This document shows positions 1 to 13,940 of a DNA stretch of 64,000 bases, in pieces; within the stretch, counting starts at the first letter, position 1; each line of letters opens with the position of its first letter. A model generated the notes under the pieces. It saw nothing but the letters and a program-made list of their open reading frames with translations. It ran no database searches and was not told the DNA's origin. The translations under genes were made by a program, and so were the position numbers. This DNA is from Haliotis rufescens (lineage: Eukaryota). The stretch lies in NCBI RefSeq assembly GCF_023055435.1, contig NW_025963890.1, forward strand, positions 62,682,001-62,746,000. The letters run 5' to 3'.

Positions 1-170
1 TAGATTGATGGAGATTCAGAATGAATCCGATTATGTGTCTGTATGATGTGAAACAGGCAACCCTCGATGTGTTGTCTGTGTCCATCATGGAGAGTTGTAT
101 CGCCGCAAATACCTGCATCACTGCCTGTGCCACCACGTTAAACAATATTAACTTCATAGGGTTTCTATAC

Positions 171-177
171 ACTACTT

Positions 178-230
<53 letters not shown>

Positions 231-449
231 ACTACTACTACTACCACCATCAACACCACCACCACCAACCAACTACTTACTCTACTTCTGCTATATGGCT
301 GAAATAATGCCATTGCGACGTTAAATTTTAACTCACTACAACTACCACTAATATTACTACAACTACCACTATGACCACTACTACAACTACTTCTACCACC
401 ACCACTACCACTACTACTACTACTACTACTGACACTAATACAGTAATAG

Positions 450-492
<43 letters not shown>

Positions 493-705
493 AACTAACA
501 CCACCACCACTACTACTTCCACTACTCTTACCAATACAACTACCACTACGACCACTACTACAACTACTTCTACCACCAACACTACCGCTACTACTGCTAC
601 CACTACTGCTACCACTACTACAACTACTACGGTCACTAAAAGCTACTACTACTACTACTACTACTAACACCACAGTCACCACCACTACTACTTCCGCAAA
701 AACTA

Positions 706-742
<37 letters not shown>

Positions 743-910
743 TACCACCACCACCACTACTTCTACTCCATGGCTGAAATAATGTCATTACGACGTTAAA
801 TTTTCACTCACTACAACTATAACTACTATTACTACAACTACCACTACTACAACTACTACTACAACCAACACTACCGCTACTTCTACTACTACCACCACTA
901 CTACTATTGT
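171..910 (+). repeat. Compound (CTA)n/(CTG)n/(CCA)n microsatellite
   Basis: Directly visible trinucleotide runs. Confidence 0.97.
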
Positions 911-1849
911 AACTGCACCTGGTTCTCGTGTAACATGAGATGGCCTACTCGTGCCAGTGAGCTCGAGGCAGCTGCGTTCGCCTTCTTTCTCACAGACGAA
1001 GCCGAGATGACTTCCATGTACACAGACTGTGTACAACCAACATTGATACAACCCTTATCGAAGAGTCACAGATACCGGTTTAAGTTTATTTTTGAAATAA
1101 AACTCCACACTTAATTTATTCCGCATCAGGTCTAGACAGGATTTTGCAACGAAAGCAAAACACGCGTATGACACTTGTTCTCCTATTTGGTATGTGAAAT
1201 ATTTTGAAAACATGTCGTCATGTTTCTCAGCAACAGACATATATAAGCCATGTTGATACCCCACTTCTTGCAGTGGGTGTAACACATCACAATACTGTAT
1301 AAACACAAATACTGAAATATATTCAAATACCACATGTTTAACAGGAAAAGGATGTAATAACTTAGCAAAACAATGATTTCGGCCTATATGCCTGCAATGT
1401 CCATAAACTCTTTCCATCAAGTTGCCCGAGATTTGCAAGTGTGGCCGCTTGTGGGCTCTCACATCCTAGGCATGTGTCGTATATCCACAAGTCGCTGCTG
1501 ACTCAAGCCCCACCTTGCCTACCTGGGATTAATAGACACACCTGGTGGATTTAGAATACGATGTCCGAGCGACAGAAGCCGATCAGTCGACACTTCCAAA
1601 TCTCGCCGTGTGATAGCAAGCGGTAAATTGTTTATTCCCCGGGAGTCAATGGACGCTGCATGCTTTGGTTTACCTTGCCGGGTCCAGCCCTTCCTGTTTA
1701 CACCATTCCCGGCGAGCCTGCCACTGGCTATTGTCTTGTGAGGATACAAGCTGGTCAAGCCGCGGTACAAGATAATATTTTCATAATCTACATACCTGGT
1801 GCTTTTGGGTTTATTTTTTTTACATTAAAGTACATTTGGTTATTGTGTG

Positions 1850-2060
1850 ATACTTCCACTGCTGCTGATATTGCTACTACTGCTACTTTTACTACTGTTA
1901 CTATTGCTGCTGCCACTACTACTGTTGCTGCTACTACTACTACAACTACTACTACTACTGCTATCTCTACTTTAATCTTCTGCTGCAACTACTACTATTA
2001 CTACTACTGCTGCTTCTACTACAACTATTACTGCTATCTCCACTTCAATCTTCTGCTGCA

Positions 2061-2119
<59 letters not shown>

Positions 2120-2166
2120 TTCTACTACAACTATTACTGCTATCTACACTTCAATCTTCTGCTGCA

Positions 2167-2198
<32 letters not shown>

Positions 2199-2504
2199 TA
2201 CAACTATTACTGCTATCTCCACTTCAATCTTCTGCTGCAACTACTACTACTACTACTACTCCTATTACTACTACTACTACTACTACTACTTCAACTACTA
2301 CTGCTATCTTTACTTCAATCTTCTGCTGCAACTACTACTACTGTTACTACTACTACTACTGTTACTAGTACACCAGTCCTACACTAGTCTTACTGCTGCT
2401 GTTCCTAATACTCCTACTACTACCACAACTACAACTACCGCTGCTGCTGCCACGGTTACTACAACTACTACTTATACTTCAATCTACTGCTACTGCTGCT
2501 ACTA

Positions 2505-2543
<39 letters not shown>

Positions 2544-2600
2544 TACTAAGACGACTGAGACCTATGTAGCTACCATCACCACTCACACCTCCACTTCCTC
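1850..2600 (+). repeat. Compound (CTA)n microsatellite with a recurring ~30-bp unit ctgctatctccacttcaatcttctgctgca
   Basis: The unit recurs five times between ~1958 and 2330, separated by (CTA)n tracts of variable length. Confidence 0.92.
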
Positions 2601-2618
2601 TGATATAAGAATATTGAC

Positions 2619-2779
2619 GGGGAGGTCGGGTAGCATAGTGGTTAAGCATTTGCTCGTCACGCCGAAGACCCGGGTTCGATTCCCGACATGGGTACAACGT
2701 GTGAAGCCCATTTCTGGTGTTCCCCGCCATGATATTGCTGGAATATTGTTAAAAGCGGCATAAAACCAAACTCACTCTC
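2619..2779 (+). mobile_element. tRNA-derived SINE, family A
   Basis: A-box TAGCATAGTGG, B-box GGTTCGATTCC, Asp-like GTC loop, ACTC tail; TSD taagaatat(t)gac. Confidence 0.9.
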
Positions 2780-4132
2780 TAAGAATATGACAGACAGTGG
2801 CCACAACGGCGATGAACTGTTTGTTATGATGAATCCGTCACTTTTGTCATAGGAATTCCAATATTAATTAATGTATGTATGTAGACCTTATGCAAAATAT
2901 GAGGTGTTGAGAGGAATGATACGCGATGAAACGTATCACCGCTTGAACCGAATACGAAATATCTCAAGGATTTATATCTATATCCAAAGCCACAGAAAAA
3001 AAAAAAAATTTAAAAAACGAAAACAAAACGACTAGATATCGGGATGATCTTATTAGTATTGCCTAAAACTGCGAGCCCTGTTTCACAATTTAGGTATTCG
3101 GTTTAAAAAAATCTAACATTAAATTAGAGTGTATAGGCCAAACGTTTTTATGTATTTATTTAAGATGATCAGATTAATTTTAAGGTAGGGTTAAAAACAA
3201 TGAGGTCCATAAATCGGTAGCGTTTATAATTTACACCCATTTTTTATCCTTTCTGTTATCCAGGACGCCAAACCTGCATGTAAAACACCTTCATTGTGAG
3301 CTGCCCAACATATTGAATCTGCCCTGTGCTGGAGTATAAGCGTGTACACATGCGGCAGTGCCCACTCAAACACGGGGCTCTCCATCTGGTGGGAGTGGAG
3401 GGATGCATAGCTTCAGAAAATACACCACCGCATCACACCTGGGGGGTGTTGGTAATCTCACATATACTGGCAAGGCGGGACCCTGGGTGTTTCCAAACTA
3501 TGAGAGAAGACCTGACCCAACATACAGAACTACACCTACATGTGGCGACAGACAGAAGCTGTGCCTCGGGTTAAAAAAAACGTCAATCCGTGTGATGTTG
3601 CTTTGAAATGCAACCTTCGTTTAAAGGCTGCGTGTTTCGTCGACCTGGTTCCAATGTGTTGTTGATACTGCCGGGTACCCATGCTTACATTAAAGAAAGA
3701 TGAGTGAAGTTACCACAAAAGAACAAATGAAGCAAAAACATGCAATGTTAGAACGTGAACTTGGTGCTGGGTTGGTGACGTTATCGTGTACACTCCGAAC
3801 AAGGTCAAGACAGAAAGAAATAACGTGAACTGCAAACCGAAAGTCTCTGAAATAGTTGGGTCATACTTGTGACAAATTCTAGCGGTAGAAAAATGACAAC
3901 AAAGAGGGAATGTAAGTAAAGAAAAACGTACACAAGCACAAGGCTTAACTGAAGGTTTTTTAACGGTACTGGCGACTGCTTCGGGAGCCGGGCGAACATT
4001 AAAGTACGGGAAGCTGTTCGTGCCATACCCCCCTGAAGTGTGCAGGACAGGGCAATGCCTTTATACACAACTGGCATCGTATAACACTCATGCAGAGTGA
4101 CATGTACAAAGGAAATAAAAAATACAAAGGCC

Positions 4133-4337
4133 NNNNNNNNNNNNNNNNNNNNNNNNNNNNNNNNNNNNNNNNNNNNNNNNNNNNNNNNNNNNNNNNNNNN
4201 NNNNNNNNNNNNNNNNNNNNNNNNNNNNNNNNNNNNNNNNNNNNNNNNNNNNNNNNNNNNNNNNNNNNNNNNNNNNNNNNNNNNNNNNNNNNNNNNNNNN
4301 NNNNNNNNNNNNNNNNNNNNNNNNNNNNNNNNNNNNN
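4133..4337. other. Assembly gap (others at 7789-7929, 41983-42187 and 59760-59904)
   Basis: Runs of N. Confidence 1.
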
Positions 4338-4414
4338 AAACCCTCTTTGCTGCATTTTTTTATTTTAATCTGTAAATATAATAATAATAATAACAATAAT
4401 AATAATTATAATAA

Positions 4415-4846
4415 TATATCATTGAATTTTCTGTCCCTTTGACACTAATGTGATTGACAAGATTGAGGAAAAACATGGCAAATATGCAGACCTCGCTTTC
4501 GAAATGTCACGCTTGCATCCCAAGTACCAATTAGTCCGACTCCCCATTGTTCTCGGTGCCTTAGGTTTGGTACCTCCCAATCTGTTGACTGACATTTGGA
4601 GAGTACCCGGGTTTGCTACCAGGAATACAGCCCTTCTGACAATCTGGGTAATGCAGAAGGCTGCAGTGTTGGGGAGTCTTCACATTCTGGGAGGGTTTGA
4701 CTAGGTGGCGCTTCCTGGGAGAAGTCCCATTCGCTGTCTGAGCTGCGTGTAGAGGGGGCAAGGGCCTTGAGCTGATGATGAGCCTAGCCAGCCTGACTGT
4801 GCCAGGATCGCCCAAACCCTCTTTGCTGCATTTTTTATGTTAATCT

Positions 4847-4849
<3 letters not shown>
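4415..4849 (+). mobile_element. 5'-truncated R4/Dong-like non-LTR retrotransposon (restriction-like endonuclease C-terminus + 3' UTR)
   Basis: IIEFSVP..DTNVIDKIEEKHGKYADL...PIVLGALG...QKAAVLGSLHIL. Flanked by (TAA)n on both sides; a second copy of the 3' end lies at 4338-4377. Confidence 0.8.
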
Positions 4850-4901
<52 letters not shown>

Positions 4902-5909
4902 CAACTCGATTAGATAAGATATGATATATAGAATGTGAAAAAAAAATTAATACAGATTGAAATAAAAGAAAAATGTAGGAATGTAAGGATGAGGAACAAA
5001 CGAGAAAGGAGTTGAATGTTCAAACCATGGAAGGATGAATGAAATGATTGTCTCACAAATCCAGGAAGCTTAATTGTTAAGATCCAGATTATGCATTCCA
5101 CGGAACACCCATGATGTATCTAGACCCGAGTCTCTCCCTGTCCGCTACAGTTATGTGTTAGATGAGAAGATAGATGACAGATAGGCTGGAAGGCGACCAA
5201 CAGTGACCAGTAGTGACCCTCGACCGTGTCGGGGATTAGACAGGGATTAGTGCCAGGTAGGGGGATGATGAAGCTGTCTTGCCTTAAGGGGGATCTGGAT
5301 TAAGTAAACCTACAGCACGCAGGCCATCTTGACTATGTAGCCAATTATTTGGACACATTTGAGGACAGAGCATTCCATGCAGTGCTTGTATATCACAGCT
5401 TTCAATCCAATGGCCATTGATTGTTTTATAGTGAACATATATGTTTGTCTCGAAACTTGAATGTATCGAATTGTGCCATCTCGATGTTACAAATACAGCA
5501 ACTGAATCAATGCGGTTATTACCAAGCCCTGTTTCAACTACAGATATCTCGAAGTGTTTATTTTAATTGTAGACAACTGTTGTCCCGAATATACTGACTA
5601 TAATTGACTATATTTGTTTACACATAACATAGAAACAGTCATCAATTGTTTATGGAATACAAACACGTAAAGGTATTCTGTGTATAATGCCTTTTAATAT
5701 CATATCATGTCTCAATTCAATTGTGACTTCGTGTTAATCATTATCAAACAAAGCGACAATATGTGCAACCTCTTTATGCAGAGTTGCGACTCACAGACAT
5801 AGAAATATTCATTAGTCGTGGGTTCGAATCCCAGATTCGTCCCGATTATGATCCTTTGTGGGCACAATACCCGAGCTAGTGGTGTCATTCACATGTATAT
5901 GGTATTGTA

Positions 5910-6392
5910 ATACGAGGAGACTAACGGGACCGGGTGGTCGGACGGTGTGGTTGATGCATGTCATGGTATCCATATTGCGCAGATTGATTTATATTGCGCA
6001 TATTTCCACACAACACACGGAGCTTGCTCAAAGCGCTATTACTATCCCGGTCACTGGATTAGAGTGCACTCAACAACTTTTCTCGACTCCCTGGGGAGTA
6101 TAAAATCCAAGTTGCCTGTTAGGCGATAGAAGGTTAACAACCACTCATCGTACTTGGTACCCATTCACTGCTGGGTGAGGCAGATGCCCATTTTGAACAA
6201 AGTCACTTTCCTAAGGAGACACCACATGAGCCTCACTGTGGGTCAGGACGGAAACAGGAGCAATGCTGCCACAACGCGGTCACCCATCCATGGGACGCTC
6301 ATAATCACTGGATTGTCTGGTCCAGACTTGATTATTTACAGACCGCCGTCATAAAGCGGGAATATTGAATACGGCGTTAAACAACAAACAAA
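5910..6392 (+). mobile_element. Family C split by an inverted SINE (~5988-6290) with a CORE-like centre and an L2-like tail
   Basis: The family C halves lie at ~5910-5988 and 6294-6392. The insert's reverse complement has tgtctccttaggaaag, ctcacccagcagtgaatgggtacc, ctccccagggag and agcgctttgagc...gcgcaatataaat. Confidence 0.65.
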
Positions 6393-6758
6393 GTGAGGTG
6401 AGGTGAAATTGGGTTTAACGTCGCGTCCAAGATTATTGCACTTATACGTATTGCACTTGCGACGTGCATGCACTGTGTGTGTGTGTGTGTGTGTGTGGCT
6501 GCTTGTACTACTGATGCCGATTTATAGTGCTAGCTCACTGAGATACCATGCCGCAGTTTAACGTGAATACCCCACTCAGACACAGTATACTGACTCCGAG
6601 CTGACCAGTCCTTGTTTTAGCCCCTTAATGCCGAGCGCCAGACAGGGTAACAACAAGTACCATCTTTTAACGTCTTTTGGTATGATGCGGCCGGGGATCG
6701 AACCCCGGGCCTTGCGCTCTCCAGGCGGACGCTCTACCGCTAGACAACGGAGGCAGTC
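6393..6758 (-). mobile_element. tRNA-derived SINE family B (central domain resembles the Meta-type SINE domain), (CACCT)n tail
   Basis: B-box GGTTCGATCCC; cataccaaaagacgttaaaagatggtac domain; TSD aacaaacaa within the tail of a family C element. The Meta assignment is from memory and needs a Repbase/Dfam check. Confidence 0.88.
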
Positions 6759-7929
6759 AACAAACAATCAAAACATAAATGGTAACATCTGCGAATGTGT
6801 CACTTTCCTCCTACATCAAGCTGATACAAATGAACTACTGCTCAAGCGGCGTTAACCCCAACCAGCTCCCATGACCATTGTCTGCTACCCTTGCCAATAA
6901 TGCTGCTTCATTTGTGAATAGCATTATCGTTGTCCGGCAGTGTTGGAATTGTGTTCAATGGAATCAACTACAATGTCAGCGCATTCCTTCCAAGATGGCA
7001 GGTGAGGTTGCCCCTCCCCCGGTAACGGTGCGGCATGGCACAAGCCACGTCATTACATACAGCTGACGCAAGTGAAAAACTGAGCAGCATTTTAAACATG
7101 GACGTTTGTGAGAATGAAGTCCCTTTACGACAGTGCCCAACACACTGTCTGCACCGTCAAAGTCCTTTACCCTTACGCTCCTTGCATACTGTCTACCCTG
7201 TGCGGAGCTCTGTTTCTTTTGTGGTCGTATTAGTTAAGTCAACAGTACAAGATTACGGGCTCATAGAGACATTGCCTTTTGATCCCTAAAACACGTGGGG
7301 TTTGAGGTTCTTGGGTTTGATTCATATATACAACAATGGCAGTGTTCTTCAACGGAGAGACAAGTGTATTAGATTCTTCGTGGTAATCTTCATGTACTGT
7401 ATGAACCATAAATTCATAATCAGGAAAATTCCACCCCCGCCGGAGATGCCAGCTGAGTATGAAGCTGGTGAATCTCCTGACGTAACAAGTGGAAGCTGGT
7501 CTGATTATTGGCTTTTGATTGGAGTCGGAAAAAAAATCAACTTGACTTTGAAATTTGTTTTGGCTCCCTGTATGATAACTTTTCGCATTAACAATAATTC
7601 GACGAAAATTGATACACGTGTCGTATTGGTTTCATGTTTATTTGTTTACTTTCACCTGATACGTTTTCACATATAAAAAAACAGTGAAAGTATATGGTAA
7701 AACCTATAATCAGATTATATTGCATAAACTGTGAGGACTTGTTATTTCGTTTCTGATAGGTCAGGAAACGTTGCCTCATATACATAGCNNNNNNNNNNNN
7801 NNNNNNNNNNNNNNNNNNNNNNNNNNNNNNNNNNNNNNNNNNNNNNNNNNNNNNNNNNNNNNNNNNNNNNNNNNNNNNNNNNNNNNNNNNNNNNNNNNNN
7901 NNNNNNNNNNNNNNNNNNNNNNNNNNNNN

Positions 7930-8340
7930 AATCCCGAAGAATTTACGTGAAACCACAGAAACCGTGAAATCCAACCGCCCTGATTGCCTGATTGCCCCGT
8001 CTGTAACCTGGGTGTTGAAGACAAGTTTCAGTTTATGTTTATTTGCCAGGTATATAACAAAATAAGAATGGACTATTTACCCGCCTGGTTATTTTCATGT
8101 ATGTCAACTAATAACATTATAACATTATATGTCTGCTGTCAAACAATATACAAAAATTATAACTTATAACTACAAGTATCTTCATACATACATCATGCTT
8201 TTATGTTACGTCAGTTGTTGTTGTCTTGATACTCCATACACTACAATATTTGTCAATATAACTGTATGTGTATGTAATTCACTTGTATATGGGCTAGTGG
8301 CCTTTTATACAATAAACCACTGAAATGAATTGAATTGATT
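7930..8340 (+). mobile_element. LINE 3' end (CR1/L2-group-type C-terminal Cys motif)
   Basis: CPVCNLGVEDKFQFMFICQVYNKIR, then aataaa and a (gaatt)n tail. Confidence 0.65.
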
Positions 8341-11300
8341 AACATGGTTGATTGTATTAGTCGGCAGGAGAGTGTTTTTCGAAAGATCCACACCATAATG
8401 TAACTGACGTAACGCTCCAAGCGGCGTTAAAACCAGACTTTATATTCGTCATCTGCTAAACATGCCTTGTAATTCTTATAAAAAGACATCTGATCGTCAC
8501 TACTTAAGGGTACGGGTGAAGGGGCATTAAAAATGCACTGTAAAGTAAAGAGTTGTGGGTCTAACAGAAAATTTAATGGGAGGTCCCAAAGAAAAATTAT
8601 AAAAACGTTTCTGTAATTTGAATACAATATTAATTAAGCACACTAACATAATAATGCAAATATATGTACACGATTCATTTGCAAAGCCAACTACTTTGAT
8701 TAAACAATCTGTTGGTGAACTGAAACGTACACCAACGCATGTAAACATCTCGACTCCAAGCGCCTTGCGGAAAAGCTAATCAATTCTTCGTACACACAAA
8801 TGAGAGTCCCTTTTACAAGAAATAGTACATTGCCTAGATACAATGGCGGTGTTCCGAGCGAAAATACAGCATGTAAACTCTCGGTGTCGATGTTTGTATT
8901 GGCTAGAGTCGGTCAGGAAACACTTAGCATGTTTATCGCCGAGATTCTAGTCCCCCAGCTCTCTTTGAAAAACCTTAGATTTATTTCGATATTTAGTGTG
9001 ATGAACTTTTTCTGTCTGATGTGGATTAGTGTCAAATAGACATCAATAAATATTAAACCAACATCAATGAGTTTTTTTGTCTGTTCTAAGGGACTACCCA
9101 TGTCTCTCGAGAAAAAGGGTTTAAAAACAGTGTGTTTTGTGATTTGCGGGATGCACTTGCTTTATTGCTTGAAAGCTGTGTGCACATGTTGGTTTTTGCA
9201 GGCATTCTATTTTTGGACTACACTGCAATTGCCTTAGCAAATCTGTCAGAGTATATATGATCCTATACGAATGCAGCACAGAGGTTGTCTGACGTGCGGT
9301 TAATGTATTGGACAGATAAGGATGTTCAGATTATCCTTGTCCATTTTACTTTATGGGATAGTCTACGGAGAATTATGCTGGTGACAAATACAAAGAATAT
9401 TGGTAGATTTCCTTCGATCTCACTTTCTTCTGTGAAGCGGTGGCGCCCTTTTGATGAACGATGAATCAAAATACATTACGACAACCAAAGACCATTTATT
9501 ATTAAATTTGACGTCTAATAAATACAATAGGTTTTTTTGTCTGTGGAATGTCAGATTGATCTTATTGCAAGATAATAGAAATTAAATATTTAGGACCAAA
9601 GCTTTAAATCATCCAGTATTGAGCATTTTGTTTAACAAATTCAATTGCAACTAGCATTTGTTTATACAAGATGTATCTTATACAGTGGAAGAGCATCATC
9701 CTGCTGCTGCTGTCATTGTAATATGGGTGTGCCGTGTTCGAAGAAGAATGATATGCTGTCACAACCAAGGCAACCACAATGATAATCACATTCACAAAGA
9801 ACATCACTTCATCTTCAACGACCCAAACATTCATAACCACTTCTGCTAACATAAAAGATCATTTTCACCTTGCGCACTATCACTCCGGTTAATACAGCTA
9901 CACATTATTCACCCAAACAATCATGACAACCAATAATTAACGTCGAGCTACTATTGACTGAAGAAAAAGCGCGAGGGGAATACCTGTCACCCGAATTTCT
10001 GTATTCCTGTATCAAAACATGTTATTAAACAAACAATGAAGATGAGTATTTGATTTCTCACAGGGATACATTTATACTGACACCCTTACAACCCCACCTA
10101 TTTAAACCCTACGCCTTCACCTTTATTGGTAATGTGTATTGATTTCATTGCCAAGGTTACCTTTAAACCACTACAACCAACAGAAATAGAATGCCACCAA
10201 AGTGAGAGATCTCAGTTCGCCTAAACCTTTGGTCCGCTGAATCCGGTTGTAAGGATTTGGTATTTTTGGATTTCATGTTGGTAGTCCAGTTCGCTTCCAA
10301 ATTAAGCCTAGATCAGTTTATTGTCCTGGCAGTTTTAGGCTTTGCTGAAAGTCCTTCCAACTCTATCTTAAATCAAGCGCACCTCTGCTATCATCCTTTT
10401 TATAGGATTGATGGATAACAGAGGTGCCAGAAATCGCCAGAACGTGATCTTCTGGCTTAGAGAGTTGTCGCTATGCTGGACATGCCACCAGGTGGGGCAT
10501 AAATACCACAGTAGCTAATGGTGGTACTCTTTGCACAGTGGACCTAAGGATACCTGCTCTGAATAAGGGTTCAATAAAAAGACGGTTGAATTTAAAGGCT
10601 TATTTCTTTTCAGCTGACCTTGTGCAAACCTTTTCCTCTTTCCGACTCTATAGCTATATGTCTAAAAATATCGATGGCAAACGATGATAAACAAAATACA
10701 AATATAATCCCGGGTTCGTTTAAGTCCATGGCGAATTTAAACACGGAATAAAACAATCTAATCGCTTTTATTAAGCTTTGTTTTTCCTTGTTTTTGAATG
10801 TCAACGAAACATAGAGACATTTCAGTGTGTGTGGAAATGTTAGTAAATACTAAATACGAGTGTGCTGTGCAATAAGAGAATGCGGAAGTACTGGTCAACT
10901 TCCGATAGCGGTCATTTAGGCTGGTCAAAGACAACATTCAAAAGTCAAACTTTTTACAGCTGTCCGTGTCAATTTCGACTGTATCAGTCCAGTAAACATA
11001 AAGAAGTCACTATGTTGATTTGCGTTCGCTCGTTCAAACCGACACAGTGACATTAAACAAGAGGGTAAATTCGGCAAACTGACACCACTACTTGCGTGAG
11101 ACAGGGATGGATGCTTTCCCCATAGCTGTTTACTATAACAAGCGATAAAATAATTACTTTACCGTTTGCACTGTAAATACCGGTAGTAAATGTCCAGACA
11201 TCATTTAACGTTAATGTATGATTAGACTTGGTTTGTACAAAGGGCCTCTTAACTTTTTACTTGCTAAAAGTGATGCAGCATATTCGTAACATTCATAAAA

Positions 11301-12740
11301 ATGTATCCACGAAACCAGCTACAGGTTTTACCAAGTTTATAGGTGTAAATATGCCATGAACAATAATTTTATGTGATATATACCAATCAAAAGAAGTTAA
11401 AGAAAAGTTATTCTTTCATACTGTTGTAGTTAATCTGTCATACATACCACTCAAAAAAGTTAATTAACACCCGAATCTTCTATATTACTACAGTTCATAT
11501 GTCCTGCCATGATATCAAATATCGCAAAAAGGTCGATATTTCGTACTAAATATGGATGAAAAAGAGAGACTGAATGCCAACAAAATAACAAAATTTTAAT
11601 ATTCAACATATGAAGCAACACTTTTACTGAAGATCATTTAATATAAGCCCTCGTGTATGGGTTTATGTTGTCAAAGATCTAAACCCACTTATGATTTTTG
11701 TATTGGAAAATAAGCTAATTTCTCTGTTCCGAAAGAAAACAAATAACAAATATCTGATCGATTATAAAGACAGTTTGCCAGAGTGAACTTTGCGCCAACA
11801 TCGAATTCAACTTTAAAATAATCCCCGCTTCGTCAAAAAAGTGCTTACTCTTGATATTGTTCTAAACTTGAAGCATAAACAGAGGAACAACCACAATAAT
11901 CAATTCAGTAATCTTTAAAACGTGCTGCTAAGATACAGATCCATCTGAGAATGTTGTTGTCGATAAGTTTACAGACTAAAGTTACCCAAATAAATATGAT
12001 AAATTTAATTGTAGTTTTTTAAATAAAAAATTGATTGTCAAGAACTTAAGCTAAATTGGTCCTGATATCCCGCTCAGTCGTGAAGAGAATGCACCCGGTG
12101 GCTCCCGGTGGAACCTGTATAAACAGACTCTGGTCATGCACTTGTTACATGTGTTAGCAAAGTGCAAAGGTATTTGACTTTCTTTTGAACACATAGGACC
12201 AGCAATATACCTTCACACGAAACATGCCGATTTTGAAGTTGGTCTCAGCATAGGTGTCGAAGCATTGAGTGATGGTGATGGGTAAACATAAATATGCAAA
12301 CAAGGAATTGTGCCTATACGCTGATTGAAACTGTTTGCATTAAGCAGGGTAGATGAATCTACAACAAAAATTGGCGCCGAACTCACGGGCAAAAAGGGGA
12401 CTTAGGGTCAACTACGATTTAATCTCATTTACACGTTAAGATTTCTTTTTAAATTATACAGATCCGATTAAAGTAATACAGTAGGTTTTTGCTTATTAAT
12501 GTTTTCGGGGAGCAGTTTAGATTCAAAAAAATATTTTAGCGTTCTAATCATCTGGAGATGACATACACACTATTTGTATCTCATTGCTGAAAATAGAGAT
12601 ATAATGCTGTGTGGGAGTTAAAACACAAGTCTTGGCGTGTCTCCACTGTAAGCTGGCTGAGTTTGTATGATATTGTACAGTAATGTTTGGCCTCCATGTA
12701 TAGCTGTGTCTGTTCAGATTGAAGGCTATCGGGCTCTAGA

Positions 12741-13270
12741 GTATGATCACCCGGTAGGGCAAGGTATGATCGAACGGAAGGCCTCGTCATGAGTTGATTC
12801 GCCGGTAGGGCACGACATGATATGATCACCCAGTAAGGCAAGGTATGATCGACCGGAAGGCCTCGTCATGATATGATTGCCCGGTAGGGCACGACATGAT
12901 ATGATCACCCGGTAAGGCAAGGTATGATCAACCGGAAGGCCTCGTCATGATATGATTCCCCGGTAGGGCACGACATAACATGATAACCCAGTAAGGCAAG
13001 GTATGATCAACCGTCGTGATCTAACGTTGTGACCAAACTGAAGGTAACGACGCATTCACCCAGGCAAGATATTCCACGGTATGATCACCCGTCGTGATCT
13101 AACGTTGTGAACAAACCAAACTGTATGTTACAACGCGATCCCCGAGGCAAGGTGTGACTGACCGAATAGCCACGTCATGATAGACCGTTTGGGTGTGATA
13201 TGATCACCCGGTAGGGTACGTCATGATAACCCATCGTGATCAAACGTTGTGACAAAACTGTAGGTAACGA
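12741..13270 (+). repeat. Minisatellite with a 79-bp higher-order unit built from 23-28-bp tatgatcacccggtaggg subunits
   Basis: tatgatcacc recurs at 12742, 12821 and 12900; decays rightwards. Confidence 0.85.
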
Positions 13271-13390
13271 CGCGGTTCCCAATTCCAAGATGTGGTCATC
13301 TCTGTCACTTACACAATAAGGGAGCCAGGATGGGATATTATATCACAAGCCTTTCAGTGTGTGCCTATATACGTATAGATGTGCCCAATT

Positions 13391-13554
13391 GTGCGGTGGA
13401 GTACCCAAGTGGTTAACGCGTTCGCTCGTCAAGCCAAAGATCCGGGTTTGATTCCCCACATGGGAAATATGTGTGAAGCCCATTACTAGTATCCCCTGTA
13501 GTGATATTACAGGAATATTACTGAAAGCGGCATATTCAGCATTCTCACTTACTC
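13391..13554 (+). mobile_element. SINE family A, diverged
   Basis: Aligns by eye over its full length to the other family A copies. Confidence 0.8.
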
Positions 13555-13940
13555 ATGTTTTTCAAAAGGTCTACTTCCGAATCATCATTTGCCTTTAAAT
13601 GTCTGAAACGAAATTCAGCTCAGCAATGGAACCATAATGCATGCATAGGAGATATTTTATGGCATTGAGGATGATAAAATCCATATCCATTTAAACACAA
13701 GTCTTTCCATGAAAAAGTCATCGCATATTGAGTTGTTGCTTATGATAACGTACTTATGGTGGAAAGTGTTTCTCATCTGTTTTTCTATTTATCTCTGAAA
13801 CCTCTCTCTATCTGAATCTCTGTCATGGATTAAGGAAACTGGGAATCATGAAATGAACATGGTACCGCGCAATAGATCTCAAATATCCCCCATTATGTAG
13901 TCAAGAGAACAAAGGATCGACCTTTGCAGCATACATTAGC

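Noticed and set aside
1958-2330. CRISPR-like alternation of a ~30-bp repeat and variable spacers
   Set aside because: The spacers are just (CTA)n, there are no cas genes, and the context is eukaryotic.
21-2763. Poly-Thr/Val/Leu/Tyr ORFs, including the 367-aa ORF 1660-2763 (mucin-like look)
   Set aside because: They are translations of (CTA)n microsatellite with frame-switching homopolymer runs, and the long ORF ends inside a SINE.
3999-4396. ORFs spanning N runs (also near 7.8, 42 and 59.8 kb)
   Set aside because: Artefacts of assembly gaps.
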